DNA of 63,976 bases, filler included, from Hausera hauseri (GCA_046269625.1; 12 parts of 12 records of this genome joined end to end with filler, not necessarily neighbours in it); one strand, 5' to 3'. Shown: positions 1-13,900, counted from the whole stretch's first letter. Numbers and translations are program-made. Notes: generated by a model from the letters alone, not told the origin.

Positions 1-859
1 CACGTACTGAGAAGAAAGATAGAATAATAGCAAATCGTATTTAATGGTGTGTTAGAAAGGTAGGTGGTTACCCTTTTTTGTTTTATTGGTTTTGTGTAAT
101 GATGCAAGTCTATTGGTTTAGATTTGTTTTTGTTTTGTAATGTGTGTTAGTGCAATTATTTCGTTTTGTGTGTTTGTATTTAAATTTATTAATTTCCTCG
201 GCGTCGACTGTCCACTCCACACCATAATCTATTAAACATATTAAACCATTTGAAAGTAAAAGAGCTTTATTCACCATAGTTTGTTTTTTGGAGAATTTTT
301 TTATTTACCTGATTACAAAAGGTAAGGATATGAACAGTAGGAGGGGTATTATTACAACGAATGGTATCATAATTTTTAACATATTTGTTTGAGTATTAGA
401 AGTAGTTACTGGTTGAGTTTGTGTGTAGACTAATATTTATTCTGGTATTAAATATCTTTTGGTTCCTGTCTGGGTCCTAACTGTTTTATGTCGTGTTACT
501 GCATAAAACCTAAAAAACACAGCAAGCCTCAGTGATGCTTCTGTCCCTCATTTGTTCACAGTTTAAATGTGTGTATGTCATGCAGTAAAAATGTCACCCA
601 GGTATGGTAAACTCAAGGGGACAATTAAATCAAGAAGGTGAAGAACAGTCAACGATAAAAGCCTGGTTTTAATTTAGATGTCTTTGAAGCATCCAGGATT
701 GTTTAGTTATCTTGCTGTGGAGTTTTAGAATAATTCTGATGAGTTAACAACTATTCTGACCCAAGTTAAAGAAACACTAATCTCCGTATTTTGTTTTTAC
801 GTTTTTTCATACATTTACTTTCGTTAAAACATTATATTCAGTATTTATGACCAAAATTG

Positions 860-1200
860 TACCATGTATATAATGTATTTAATGTATATATTGTACTATG
901 ATAATGTCTTTTTTTCCTATGAAAGTGTATATAACTAATGTATATAAATATGGTTCCTATGAAAATGTATATATTGTACTATGAAAACATGTTGTATGTT
1001 TTCTTCTGGTTGTATTTTTTTCCAATAAAAGTGTATATAACTAATGTACTATGAAAACCTGTTGTGCATACTGTAACTAATGTATATATTGTGTATAAAC
1101 TATGACTGTATTTCCTACCAACAAGAATGTTGTATATAATCTATGTTTCCTATGAAAGCGTATATAACTAATGTATATATTGTATGTACTATGAAACAAG
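860..1200. repeat. Degenerate AT-rich tandem repeat array
   Basis: Recurring units such as CTATGAAAGTGTATATAACTAATGTATATA and TGTACTATGAAAAC. Confidence 0.6.
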
Positions 1201-1689
1201 TTTGTCAATGAATTGTAATAACTTTTACATGACTACCCGTAAGAAACTGAATGTTAATGTATCTAAACTTGTTTGACCACCTGGGCGAAACATTATTAAA
1301 GTTAGTCCAGGGAGAAAGCTTAACGAACCTTTTGTGAGCTCGTCCCGTGACTAGAACGACCTATTCAGTGTCACATGCCTGAACAAAATGTTTACTCTGT
1401 CTACCTGTAAGAGGATTATGCTGGTCAGCGGTCACCTCTGAGTCATACAATGGATATCGTTAATGACATATTTACCCGGGGGCTATTTTGTCAGCGTACG
1501 TTTTGGCATTTATGAGCGTACGTTTCAGAGTGATTTTAGTTTGCGATTTTAGTTTGCGATATATGAGAAATGTATCATTTTAAAATATATGAGAACCTGA
1601 TGGACTATATTACCTATGTAAAACTTGTGGAAAAATAAAAAATGATGAAACTATACTTATGGTTTTCATGTCTGTCTTTTCGTGTTGTT

Positions 1690-2030
1690 AAATAAATGTG
1701 TATGCAAGAAAGAAAGAAAGAGTCTGCGACATGAGGATGAAAGAAAAGAAAGAAAATGGTTGTAAACAAGATGCCGGCTACAGGGAGGATGTAGACAAGA
1801 GGCAGGCTACAGGGAGGATGTGTATGAAAGAAAGAAAGCAAGAAAATGTTGTAAACAAGATGGGGATACGGGTGGATGTGTATGAAAGAGGGAAAGAACG
1901 AAAGAAAAAAAAAGAAAGAAAATGACAGAAAGACTAGCTCTCTCCCCACAAAATATTGGCATAATGGAAATAAGCACCACCACCACGAGCGGGAGGATGT
2001 GTATGAAAGAAAGAAAGAAAACGTATTAAA
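1690..2030. repeat. Purine-rich degenerate tandem repeat
   Basis: GGATGTGTATGAAAGAAAGAAAG and GAAAATG(G/T)TTGTAAACAAGATG each recur several times. Confidence 0.55.
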
Positions 2031-3963
2031 GAGGATGATCCGGCGCGGGCAAGTGACCCGACCGGCGACCCCAACCTCGGAAGATGACGAAAGTGAACCG
2101 GCGGACTAGCCGTCGTGGAGAACGATGACTGGAACGGCGGCCTGCCCCAACACCTGCGGCTGACACGACCATCTTCAGCCGACATCAACTATTATTATAA
2201 AAGAAAAAAAAATAAATTTTACCCAACACCTAATTAGCTAATTACCTAATTAAAAACAAAAAAAAAATATTCAGCGCCTCCTAAACAAAATATGCAAGAT
2301 TTATCTACCCCTTAAAACATTTTCCTAACAGAGTAGTTACCCCTTATCACCCTCTAGGGGCTCGAGTATTCCTTTATATAAGGTATATAATGGGGGATCG
2401 CGTATTCTTTATATGAGGTATACAAGATCCCCCATCGATCCCCCAGATTTACGGCCCCAAATGAACACTATACACTACTCACGTGTGACAATAACACGAA
2501 AGAAGGCTTAATTGTTTACATACACTGCATCCATTTCTCATCAGGAACTATATCCTCCAGCCCATACACAATGACATCATCTACACGACCGTCCACGACC
2601 TTCTGATTTCACCTTTTCAATCAGGTACCTTTTATCTCTATTCCTTAATATAATTGGTGATCTTTGTTAATATTGATTCAGAGGTAGACACGAGTTCGGA
2701 ATTATTGCATTCTATACGCCATTGTTGGACAATTACGTATGAATAGCATAACTTGGCTATCGTAATTCTTGTGCATCCAAGCCTCAGACTCATGGGGGTC
2801 GTTTCCGGTCTCTCTGTATGAGTTATCCACGCCGAAACATGCCGTAATATTTTAAGAACCAGTAAATGTTATTACATATCGATGATAGGTCTTTCCTAGA
2901 TTTGTATTATAATGTGGTTTATGTATTTTTTAAAACCCAGGTAATGGACTTCCGCTGTGTGACGACTTCGAAGTAGAGGGTTTATGTTCGAAACTACTGC
3001 CTTCGTATTATGTAATGGTTAAAACGTTATATATCTCAGGTGCATTTTTATGCCAGGTGTTAAGTTAAGGGGTTCATTTAATTAGTATTTTCTACGGTGC
3101 TGCTCAGTTAGTCTGTACTAACTTTTTTTTTTTAAATTGTGATTGTGGAGACACCTTTGATTTCAATTATGGAGACTCCTGTTAAAAAATGAATGAATGA
3201 ATGAAATAAAAACTAGCCGAGAAAAAAAAACGATATAGGAAAACGACGTGTGCTGAGGTTAAAATAGAAAGGTAGAATTATGTCCCTCCGTCTAGGATTT
3301 TAAAATGTGCGCATTTTAAAATAGGAGCGGTATATTTGTGGATCACATTGTCTATAGAGCAGACATCGTATCCTTACAATAGATGACGGCAACCCGCACA
3401 TAGCCAGTCCAGGACGCAACAGGCTTGTGACCCTAAAGCTGGATTTCGGGTCCTCGGTGGTTTAGTGATTGGAACACTGGCCTCGGAAACCGAAGACGGA
3501 GATTTAAAACTACGCAAGACCCGATTAATGATTCTCTAGTCATGAGTTTTAGTGTTGCCATTGAAATGTCGGCACTTGTGTGACACTTGTCACTTGGTCA
3601 CTTGAGTCATACCCTTATATATACACTAACACTAACAGTAATCATCACACCCGTACCATGTCACCATAAGCCGCTAAGAGCGATACTCTGACACAATTCG
3701 ATTCATCAGCTCAACTGATAACCAAATGTTAATAATTTATTCACGTGCTAACACCATATCATAAACAAAACGGTAATTCAAACGATATTCAAAATATATA
3801 CATCATAGACCATGAAAGTCAATGTAAGTATAAAAACAGACAGATAACATATAATATTCAAGACTACACATCGCACAAATTATGTGGACGAATGCACAAC
3901 TAAATTACATGAAATCTAGCTATTCTTAGTACTAAGGAGGACCTCTTTCCTCTGTTTTTCCAG

Positions 3964-4063
3964 NNNNNNNNNNNNNNNNNNNNNNNNNNNNNNNNNNNNN
4001 NNNNNNNTTAATTAATTAANNNNNNNNNNNNNNNNNNNNNNNNNNNNNNNNNNNNNNNNNNNN
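3964..4063. other. Artificial contig spacer N44-TTAATTAATTAA-N44 (same spacer at 8858, 15633, 22315, 27862, 32004, 36395, 43035, 50164, 54598, 59402)
   Basis: Identical 100-bp pattern occurs 11 times; TTAATTAATTAA gives stop codons in all six frames, a standard concatenation linker. Confidence 0.97.
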
Positions 4064-4843
4064 ATCATCAACAAAAACAAACGACAGAAACCATACATGA
4101 ATTTTTCGAATAAATATATGTTTGGATGAATATTATATTCCATATTTTGTTTACTTAGTGTTTATTTTCTTGAACGCGTATATTAGAATCAGTCGGTTAT
4201 AATGATTATGGACCGCCGGGCCGAATGTGATCACATTAAGCGGCGACTACTGTAATGAAGTCTATGTTTTGTAAGTAAAGAAATAGTTTATTTAGTGTCT
4301 ACTCTCGTGGTTACTCTGGATTACATAATTAATTTAAACGAGTTTATATTTTTATGTACCACAGGATAACGGAATTGTTGTTCAAAAGATGTTATTGCCA
4401 TCGTTTTTCGAAAATGAAGTGACAAAGTATGTAAATGTACAGTTAATAATATTAATAATATTCCAACTTTTGGATCTTCATGTATTTTGTGACATTGGCA
4501 CAATTTCCACATGAATTTCTAGATAAGACATCCGTGTTTCAGTGTAAAGTTCCTTTAATATATATCCCATGCTGCGTTTAATAAAATATTACAATTTAAT
4601 ATTTACTTGGATATTTGCAAAAATCTTTTTCATATTACTAAGAAGCATAAAATTTTGTACTTATAGAACTTTTATAACTTGTAAAACTTCAACTTAGAGT
4701 AAAGTGCTGTTTCGTGTTAATAACCCGGAATGAAAATTTGTCAAACGATAGTACGTCTTTTACTACAATGAGTTGATTCGAATGGAAAATATTTATTAAC
4801 CAATTTAGTAACATATCTTTCGATCCTTAATGGTAAGTGGTAC

Positions 4844-4958
4844 TGTGGTGATTAGAATAAAAATTTGTTTAAAGAGGCAAACTGTGGGGAACTGCGAAAT
4901 TTGGAATTATGTAAAATAAACTAGTACTGTTTTGCTTCGTTCAGTTTTTTTCTGACAA
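4844..4958 (+). repeat. 5' LTR (~115-120 bp)
   Basis: TGTGGTGATTAGAATAAAAATTTGT...TAGTACTGTTTTGCTTCGTTC matches 8357-8475; contains AATAAA. Exact 3' end uncertain. Confidence 0.85.
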
Positions 4959-4970
4959 GCTATCACGGTG

Positions 4971-7900
4971 ATGGATTCAGAGACAGAAAGGATTTCTATC
5001 AAATATTCCGATATGACATCGGCATATGACGGCAATTGCAATTTATTCGAATGGATTAAAAAAGTGGAGATGATAGGGAAGCTGCAGAAAATTCAAGGAC
5101 TCGGATATTTTGTGCCATTATCCTTGTGAAGTGATGCGTTTGCAATATATGAAGGATTATTAGAAAAGCAAAAGAAGACTACAAAAAACTGAAAACTGTA
5201 GTGGTCAATGCCTTTTCAATCAATGATATCAAAGCATTAGAGCGTTTTGCGACTCAAAAATTAACAAGAGGAAAATCGGTAGATGTTATGTTCCCAAATC
5301 TGCGTCGATTATCCCCATTGTAAAATGGCCTCCCAGAAAGCATAAAGCAATAATTAACAGCTTTATGCATGATAAAAAGTATGAACACACAGGATGTTCT
5401 GAACAGGGCTTGAGCACTAACGAATTTGAAATAAAGACGTGCTAGCGCTGTGATTATATACGAAAAGACGGATGAAAAAGATAGACCACCAAAGTTGGTT
5501 GTTTGTTTCAAATGTGGGAAAGGACGCATATCGCGTCATTGTTAAAACTTGCAGAGAAAGGATATTGAATATTTTGGATGTGGGTTGAAAGAACACAAAG
5601 TTGACGAATGTATTTCACAAAACTTACTCGGAAGACTGCGATTTCTTGCGCTAGCAGTTTTCCGGTTAATTTTGTGCAACTTCTATACATTTCCGTACGT
5701 ATTGTATGGTAGGCTCGTCAGAGCATTGGTAGATAGTGGATGCACGAGGTCAGTTGTGTCCCTAATTATAGTTACAGGGACAGTTGCATTGCATGGAAGA
5801 AGTAAGATCGTACTGATAAATGGCTTGGAAGTAAGTTCGCAAGGATCGTGTCAGATGGAGATGGAAGTTGGTTGAATGAAACATGTTGTATATTGTGATG
5901 GATGGTTGCCAGATACTAATTGGGATGGATGTCTTTCAAATACTAAGTGGAGTTCAAATTTCCGGTGACGGAACTACACAATTTCTGGATCATAACAACG
6001 ATTGGAAGAAAGGATGCAGTATTGTTGCTGTAAGTGTTAATGAAATTGTTATCAATAATGAAGGTTTTAATGTTTATTTTTGAGAATGAAAATGGACTGC
6101 AAAGTGGAAATGGAAAAATTGGATTACAAATCTGGTGTTGGGAAATTTGTTAGCTTGTTGCACTATGAAAGATGCGATTCGATAAAAATTTAATGAAGTC
6201 AAGGAGTGGATTCAGTCTAGATGGCTACAAAGATATAGTTGAAAGTTTGAGGGGATTATCCCATTATTGGCCGTGAAACAATCTAATGAAAGTAAAGTTC
6301 GGCCCGTGCTAGACTATCGAAAATTAAATCGGTACATATAATGTCATACCGCGGATAGCGAAGTGTGCAGTGAAAAGATCAGAACTAGGAGATGAATGGG
6401 AGAGAATTTAATGATTCTATACTTGGGAAAGGCGTATTTGCAAATTCATGTAGCAGAGTGCATATGGCAGTATCAGGTTGTGTGATTCAAAAGACAGGTA
6501 TTTTGTCTAACGCGTCTGGGCATGGGGCTAAACGTTGATCCCAGAATAATGACAGAAATTGCCAAAAGGTGTTGTCAATAGACACGCAAGTATGCTCAGG
6601 AACGAATTCTTATATAGACGATATTGTCGTAAACTTGGATTCTGTCAGTGTGAAGCACGTCCAGTATGTTTTGAAAAAGTTCGAGCTGATTGCAAAGGAC
6701 CCTATTCTTATTATTAATGGTCGCATTTTGGGGTTACATGTAATGGAGATTGAGAGTAAGTTGTGTCTGACTCGAGGAAAGAACCTTCCATCAATAACCA
6801 AGCACATGACAAAGAAAGCGATATTTTCGGTGTGCACTAAATTACTTGATCATTACCCTATTGCGGGATGCTTGAAGCAAACTTGCAGCTTTGCAAAACG
6901 CAGTCTAAATGATAAGAACTGGACGGACCGTGCAGATACAGAAACAATTTCAATAATTACTGACATTTTAGAAAGAGTTCGAAGGGAATACCCGGCACAA
7001 GAAAAATGGGCAGTACCAACGATAACAAAAGGGAAGATATGAAGCGATGCGAGCAGCTTGTCAATGGGAGAAAGTGTTCAAATTGAAGATGAGATAGTCG
7101 AAGATGCATGTTGGTTGCGCAAGGAAAATTGAAAATGGTTGCTGAACTAGAGGATTTGCAAAGGGCGTGAATTTGGCAATTAAATAGGATTTGACAGATA
7201 TTCAATTAATGAGAGACAACCAACAATGTTTATGTGGGTATCGTCGACGATTTCAAAAAATCAGAGAGTGTGAACTCACGGATTAATTGAATTGCTTGTA
7301 CAAAGAAGGCTGGGTTTTCTGAGGGATTTAATGAAGAAATATGAACTTCATATGACATTTGACTTCATCAGGTCCGAGATGAGCAAAAGGCAGACAAATG
7401 AACTCGGATTCCCCAAAAATGACTATATTCAAGAACATCTGTTGCAAGCGTTGCAATGAGTTGAAAAGATAAAATATCGGAAGTTCATCCAAATTGCCAC
7501 TTGCGTATAAGCCGATCATTATATCTTGTACGAAAATATTACCCAAACAAGATGATTATGAAAGACATGATAAGCCATTGTAAAAGTTGTAGGTCAATCG
7601 ATCCAGCTCCGATAAAGTGAATATCTGAGAGCTATGTAAAACATGTCTGGAAGTGTATTGCGTGCGACGTGCCACATTATAAAAATATTTTTTATCTCTC
7701 ACAGATTGCGGCCCAACCAAATTTGCCGTTTGGAAGTCTGTGAGAAACGAATCCGCTGACGAAGTAACCAAAGAACTTCAAAACTTTTTTCGATAGCATG
7801 GGCCTCCAGAGAAATTGTTCTAACTCAATGATATAACACTGTGAAGAAAATGGGGAATTAAGTCTCTGTACAGAGCGGTATATAGAACGGAAGGAAATGG

Positions 7901-8335
7901 GATCATCGATAGAAATCACCAAACCGTTAAAAGAATGGATGCACGGACAAACGGGGAAGTGTTAGACATGGTACTTTGGTACAAAATAACCCCTCGACGA
8001 AAAACGGATGAACAATCAGTGACATACACACAAGTTTTAATTATGAATGGCGACTGGGGTTGGACGACATCAACCAAAAAACTACGAGTAAACATTATAA
8101 CCAAAATCTGTGCCGCTGAGAAAGTGTTTTTGTGAAGCCGCTCGGTGTGAAATGTACGTCACAATTACCAGTTAGTGTTATTACCGATGTGAACAGTCCA
8201 TGAGCGGTAGAGGTTGACGACATTCCTAGACACGTTTCAGACGTGCGAGCAGTTGATAGTGGTGATAAAGAAAGGCACCCGACAAGATTGATACATCCGC
8301 CTCTTCGCTTTCAAGATTATGAATGGAGCAAATGA
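4971..8335 (+). pseudogene. Gypsy gag-pol pseudogene (two CCHC-type knuckles, aspartic protease, RT, RNase H, integrase)
   Basis: CFKCGKGRISRHC at ~5504; ALVDSGCTRSVV in 5549..5875; RPVLDYRKLN at ~6300; NSYIDDIVV in 6569..7042; many stops and frameshifts. Confidence 0.9.
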
Positions 8336-8356
8336 TATATAGATATCACGTTGGAG

Positions 8357-8475
8357 TGTGGTGATTGGAATAAAAATTTGTCTAAGTAGACAGATTGCAG
8401 TGAAGTGCGAAATTTTGAATTAGCTAAATGAAATTAGTACTGTTTTGCTTCGTTCGGTCTTTTTCAGTTATAATA
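8357..8475 (+). repeat. 3' LTR
   Basis: TGTGGTGATTGGAATAAAAATTTGT...TAGTACTGTTTTGCTTCGTTCGG, followed by the TSD GGTAC. Confidence 0.85.
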
Positions 8476-8957
8476 GGTACCTATAGGTACCAGAATCACT
8501 TAAAGGATTAACACAAGTCGAAGACAGATTTTTTCTGATTTTTCCAGAGCTTTGAAATAAACTACATTGTCATAGATGAGTACTACAAAAAAGTAAGCTT
8601 CAAAATAAGTAATATGCATCATTAGTTTTAACAGATGTGTCAATAGACTGGATGTGAGTAACAGAACCAACTAGAACACCACCGTTTACTAATGTAAAAT
8701 TAATCGAAATAAGAATTTAAAAGAGGACAATGCAGAACAATATTTTCCAGTAAAGAAATTATAGTGACTTACGAAATAAACCAATTCTAGTAAACATCAA
8801 ATCAAACATTTGTAGAACGATCTATTTTATATAATAAGAATGTAATTAAAATGACAANNNNNNNNNNNNNNNNNNNNNNNNNNNNNNNNNNNNNNNNNNN
8901 NTTAATTAATTAANNNNNNNNNNNNNNNNNNNNNNNNNNNNNNNNNNNNNNNNNNNN

Positions 8958-9630
8958 CTTCATTTGTTCTCTTTGCTGTCCACGGGATTTTCAACATTCT
9001 CCGTTGTTTTCAAAGAACTTTGCAGTTTCAATGGTAATAGCAGGTTTGTTGTGCATAATATGCTTTTCATTGTCTGGAATGCTGTTTTTGCCTGTGCAAT
9101 TCTACTTTTGATTCCCGTGTCATATCTGCCATCTGATGTTATAATAGTTCCAAGATATTTGAATTTCTGCACTTGTTTTACTTTTGCCGCTTTTATCATT
9201 ACATTGCACACAGGTTGCTCTTTCTTCTTAGAGACTGCCATCGTTACCGTTTTTTTATATATGTTTAAGCTAAGTCCATTCTTGTCACTTTCAGTTATTG
9301 ATGTGTTCAGTATGTCTTGTACATCCACTTCGTTCGTTACTTTTAAGACAGTTCAATCTGCATAGTGTAAATTATTTAAATTACATCCACCAATTTTTAA
9401 TCCAGGCAAATCTGCCATTGATCTCATTATGAGGTAGAATAGGTCTGGGGATAGAACACAACCCTGTCGTACACCCACTTTTATCTCTTGGGGTGGTCCT
9501 GTTTGGCTTTCTGTCCGTACTGCTGCCTTTTGTTGCCAGTACAGGTTCTTTTTCAGTCTTAGATGTTTACATCCACGTTTATGTCCTCGAGCATCTGAAT
9601 ATTTTCTTTGTTCTTAACTTTGTCAGTAAT
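8958..9630 (-). mobile_element. Non-LTR retrotransposon (RTE-like LINE) RT fragment
   Basis: GVRQGCVLSP, NNLHYAD and FKYLGTIITSDGR...IKSRIAQAK motifs on the minus strand. Confidence 0.85.
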
Positions 9631-9691
9631 TATTAAAGCAAAAAACATAAAACAGGCAACATAACGGTATTAAATTTCACCTCTTTGGTAT

Positions 9692-9880
9692 GGAGTCGAG
9701 ATAGCGTAGTGGTTAGCTCCCTTGGCGATCGCAAAGTCATGATTCGGATCCCAGCATTTGCTGGTTGAATATATTCAGAGGTTTGCCCAGAATAAAGAAA
9801 ATTGATTACCCGAGAAATTCTCTGGAAAAGTAAGGGCTGTCTGACGTTATGCTGATGAACATAGCTTAGTTTAGTCAAAT
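9692..9880 (+). mobile_element. Diverged tRNA-derived SINE, same family as 38831-39101
   Basis: A-box-like TAGCGTAGTGG and B-box-like GATTCGGATCC; core CCGAGAAATTCTCTG...GTAAGGGCTGTCTGACGTTATGCTGA resembles the 38.9-kb copy. Confidence 0.65.
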
Positions 9881-10330
9881 GATTAAAATTTTCCGCGAGC
9901 AGCGACTGTTAGGCCTTCTCATTTTTTGATTTCCAGCTACCAAGGGATTTTTAACGTGCCCGTCAATGTACATTGACCATCGATCTCACTACCCAGAGAT
10001 CAGGGAAGCGTTTAACTAGAAATTCAGGAGAATAAAATCCTAAATCCTTCCATCTTCAAGGGTTTTAACTTTGTAACTCCATTACTCGAGGCGGACGTCT
10101 TTCCCGGGGACTTTTAAACTCCCCCTCCTCGCGGAATGATGATTGAAAATTAAATAAATAAATCTAGCTTAATTTTTGTAGGTACCCAAATACATCTTTA
10201 AGTGGTCAGAACGTCAGAACGAATATATTAAGAGGTCAGAACGTATTGTGATTTCTCTTTTAACACTACCTGACATTTTCTGAAGCTTGTTATGTTAGTT
10301 TGTTTTCCTTTTCATTTATTGTTTTTACAG

Positions 10331-10566
10331 GGCAACCTCCAATGATGTTTCAAGGGCAACCACAAATGGGCGGTGGAAGTGCAGCTGGCATGCCTGTCGG
10401 AGGAATGTTTTCTAACCCCCTGATGATGGCAGCTATGGGACAACATTTTGACTGGAACAAGTTAATGTATGCCTCTATGCTATCACAAAGTCTTGGTCCT
10501 GGCGGAAGTCCATTTGGAATGGGGTCTATGCTTCCAGCGTTCGGCCTCTTTCATGCTTTCAATTAA
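10331..10566 (+). CDS. Terminal exon of a host Gly/Met/Pro-rich low-complexity protein
   Basis: Pyrimidine tract plus TTTACAG acceptor ending 10330; open frame QPPMMFQGQPQMGGG...FSNPLMMAAM...HAFN*; AATAAA at 10663 and 10676. Confidence 0.7.
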
Positions 10567-10974
10567 ATCCCAGAAGAAAATACCGTGTCATTTTTTCGGA
10601 TAATGGAAAAGGCTCGATATTCGGATCCGAAACAGAGGAAACACTTTTTGTAAATTCTGCAAAATAAAAAAATTAAATAAATTTCAGTTACTCTCAATGG
10701 TATCATTTAATGGAGTTAGAATCGTCCATATATGCCGTCAGCTTAGATGAGGAGGAGAGAGAATAGATAACTATGATAATGTATGACCTAGGTAATGTGA
10801 CGTTATAAAAAAAATTGTTGCAGGTACAACTTTTGTTGTTGAGGAAAACAGATAACAGATGCTAGATAACCAACTCGCTTATTGGTGGGACTTGAACATG
10901 TAAGGCTCAGGGTTACTAAAACAACGGCTTTAAAACTCTCTCCAGGACAACAGGAATAAGTCCATATAGCACTC

Positions 10975-13900
10975 GGTATGTGAAGTAATTTGTACGATCC
11001 TTCGGACAATCCGAGGTATCCATGTGATGAGCCAAATTTGAGAAATCCGCATACACGTCCTCCGTATTGATCTGATAGATAAAACTATCAGTGTCCATAT
11101 ACGTCAGCAGTATGGACTTGAATGTTGGTACCATTATCTCATAAAAACTCGATGTTGATCCTGTTGTGGATATTTTTCATCGTCTTGCCAAAAACGCTGT
11201 TATTATAGAGCTTAAATTGATCCTTCTCAAAATCATTTTTGGAATTTGTCCGCAACTTGGTGTTTAGATCTATGTAGGACTGCAACCACATGGGCTGACT
11301 GAACTGGAGCACTCTGTGGATTTTTGTAATGCGGAGTTCATGTTTGATTGCCTGCTGGAAATTAATATAATAATTACATACCCTTCCTATTACCCAAATG
11401 GCAGAGCAGATTTCGCTGCTTTCCATTGGGTGGTGGTCTGCATTCAGGGAGGAAAGGCATCTGTTGATGACTTGTGTGGATGGAAGTCGGATATTCCATA
11501 TCCACCTCCAGTATGTAGCCCATATCTCCAGCGGGGACCAGGTCCATTATAGGGATGTCATAAAGATGCTCAACCCACTTGGAATTATCATATGGCAATG
11601 GGGTGCTCATTGCCCATCTATACAAGTTGTTGGCATCCAGGTAAGAAACATATAATGAATCCTTTGTTGAGTCGTATTCAGCCATATATTTGTTGTTGGC
11701 CTCACTATACCGGTGAATGGTTTGGTCTATTCCGGTTCCGGACGTTCTCCATAGTTTTGCAAAAGACTGATTTGTTATATAACTTGAACTGGTCCTTTTC
11801 AAACTCGTTCTTGGCATTGGCCCTCAACTGAGTATTGAGGTCTATGTATGGATTTAGCCATTTTGACTGGCTGAACCGTAAGGGCCGATGAATCCTAAGG
11901 ACTCTGAGTCCATTTTGGATGGCCTGTTGGAGATTGATGTAGTGGACTACATACCTCTCCCTGTTTTTGAGATGGCAGAGCAGCTTCTTATGCTTACCAT
12001 TTGGTGGCCTTTTGCTCTCCGGCAGAAATGGCAGCTGCTCATGCATTGTGTGGATGCTATGTGGGTATTCCACATCCACCTCTAGTATATAGCTCGTATC
12101 TCCAGTGGAATCTAGGTCCAATATAGGGATGTATTCAGGATTCTCGATTCATTTGAAGTTATCATAGGGCAACGGGTTGCTCATTGCCCATCCATACACG
12201 TTGTTGGCATCCAGATATGATATATATATGAGGATTCCTTTGATGGATCATAATCTGCCATGTATTTGTTGTTGGCCTCACTGTACCTGTGAATGGCCTG
12301 GCATATTCCACCCCTGATGCCTCTCTTAACCACAAGGACCATATTGTAATCCTTCAATATCTGGAGACTTATGTCGGTATAGCGCAGCATCGCCGCCCAG
12401 CTCATTCCTGGAGCTGTAAAGAAATGGGCTGGATCTAACTTGTGGTTCTTAAGGGTCGCATCCAGGAAGCTTTCGAAGACATCTGTAAGCAGCAGCACAT
12501 CTGTGAGGAGATAAATATCACTCTATTCTCCTATTGTCCTGCACTGAAAGGTTTTTCATACTCTTTCGGCATGCTGATAGTCAGCATCATTAATATCACT
12601 GGATGACAACTAACTATAAAAGTCCTCCTTGACTGGTAATGCTTCTTTATCCAGTGTTTCCCATGACGTCATATAGTCATAGGGGAACACGCCTTTCCTC
12701 TCGACAAGGTCAAATGCGGTGGGGAAGAGCCGCTTCTTCTCCTTGAGTTCTTCAGTAGGGAGGTTCTTCATTAAACTATCCAATGACAAGCTCATGAAGC
12801 GGAAGCTGCCTATGAATCGAAGTCTAATGCAGCCCACATACTTATTGAAGGAGATATATTTTTCCTCACTGTTTGGAATGACATCAATGTTCCCCTCAGT
12901 TCCAAAACAGTGAAGTGGAAATTATAACCACTGAGATTGTGGGACACTACAGGTACATATGTGCATGTTTTGCAACGTAGACAGCAGTTCTTGCATGCTG
13001 CACCTTGATATTTGCAGTAAATTGCAATAATCCCTGACTTTATAATTATCCTTGGTGAAGGACTCGTCGCACAAGTAACATGTTGTTGTTTTGCACCATT
13101 CATCTTCTTGTTGTTTCGACATTCTCATTGTATCGTTATGCTGCTGAAGCATGTTTTCAAGCTTATGAGCCATGTCTTCTAATCTCTTCATAAAATGTGC
13201 TGCTGAGTCTGGTCCTCTGAATAGAAATGGTTCATTGTTCAGTCCTTTGGCATACATACAATATGATAGTAGTTCAAGATATTGGTATGCTGTTGTGCTG
13301 CTATGTTGGGGATTAGGGATGCAGCTGTGAACTGGGTTGAGGATGGCCTCAAAATCACAGTAGACGACAATTGGCACATTCTGCATCTTCTCGAACTCCT
13401 TGAATTCCAGGTAATACTCCTTAGGGAATTCTGCTAGGATGCAATGGTTTGTATTACAGTAGGTCTTGTGCTCCATCAGCTTTTCTGCGGCTGTGTCCCC
13501 ATTAAAATGAGTAAAGTATCTCTTGCATATTTTCAGCCTTGATTTATGCTTGGATATTTGGGATTCTAATAGGCGCTCAAAATTCTTGATCCAGATGAAA
13601 TGCTTCGTTTTTCTATCATCTAGCAGGAGTAGATCCCTATGATTATCCAATTCCTCCGTGCACACATGTAAAGGATAAAATTTGTCCTCCTTCAATCCGA
13701 AGATGTTGATTGAGATGTTGTTCACGCTTTTAAATTTCACGACTTCATCTAGACTCGGCGGGTATGAAATACAGCTGAAGTTCTACGTGTGCTGCACTTT
13801 TTCACATATCCAAACTCGGGAAGCATTATGTTGATCCTGGACTAGTTTTGATAAAATGGCATACATGAAACACATGTTATCATTATTATGGACATTGGCA

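Larger units (their letters stand above)
4844..8475 (+). mobile_element. Compact, decayed Ty3/Gypsy LTR retrotransposon (~3.6 kb) with 5-bp TSD GGTAC
   Basis: Direct terminal repeats start TGTGGTGATT at 4844 and 8357; GGTAC at 4839-4843 and 8476-8480; gag/pro/RT/RH/IN remnants inside. Confidence 0.9.

Noticed and set aside
1614-2188. Four overlapping short ORFs
   Set aside because: They arise from purine-rich simple repeats; no domain evidence.
4008-4019. Recurrent palindrome TTAATTAATTAA as a biological motif
   Set aside because: Always centred in 44+44 Ns; an assembly linker.
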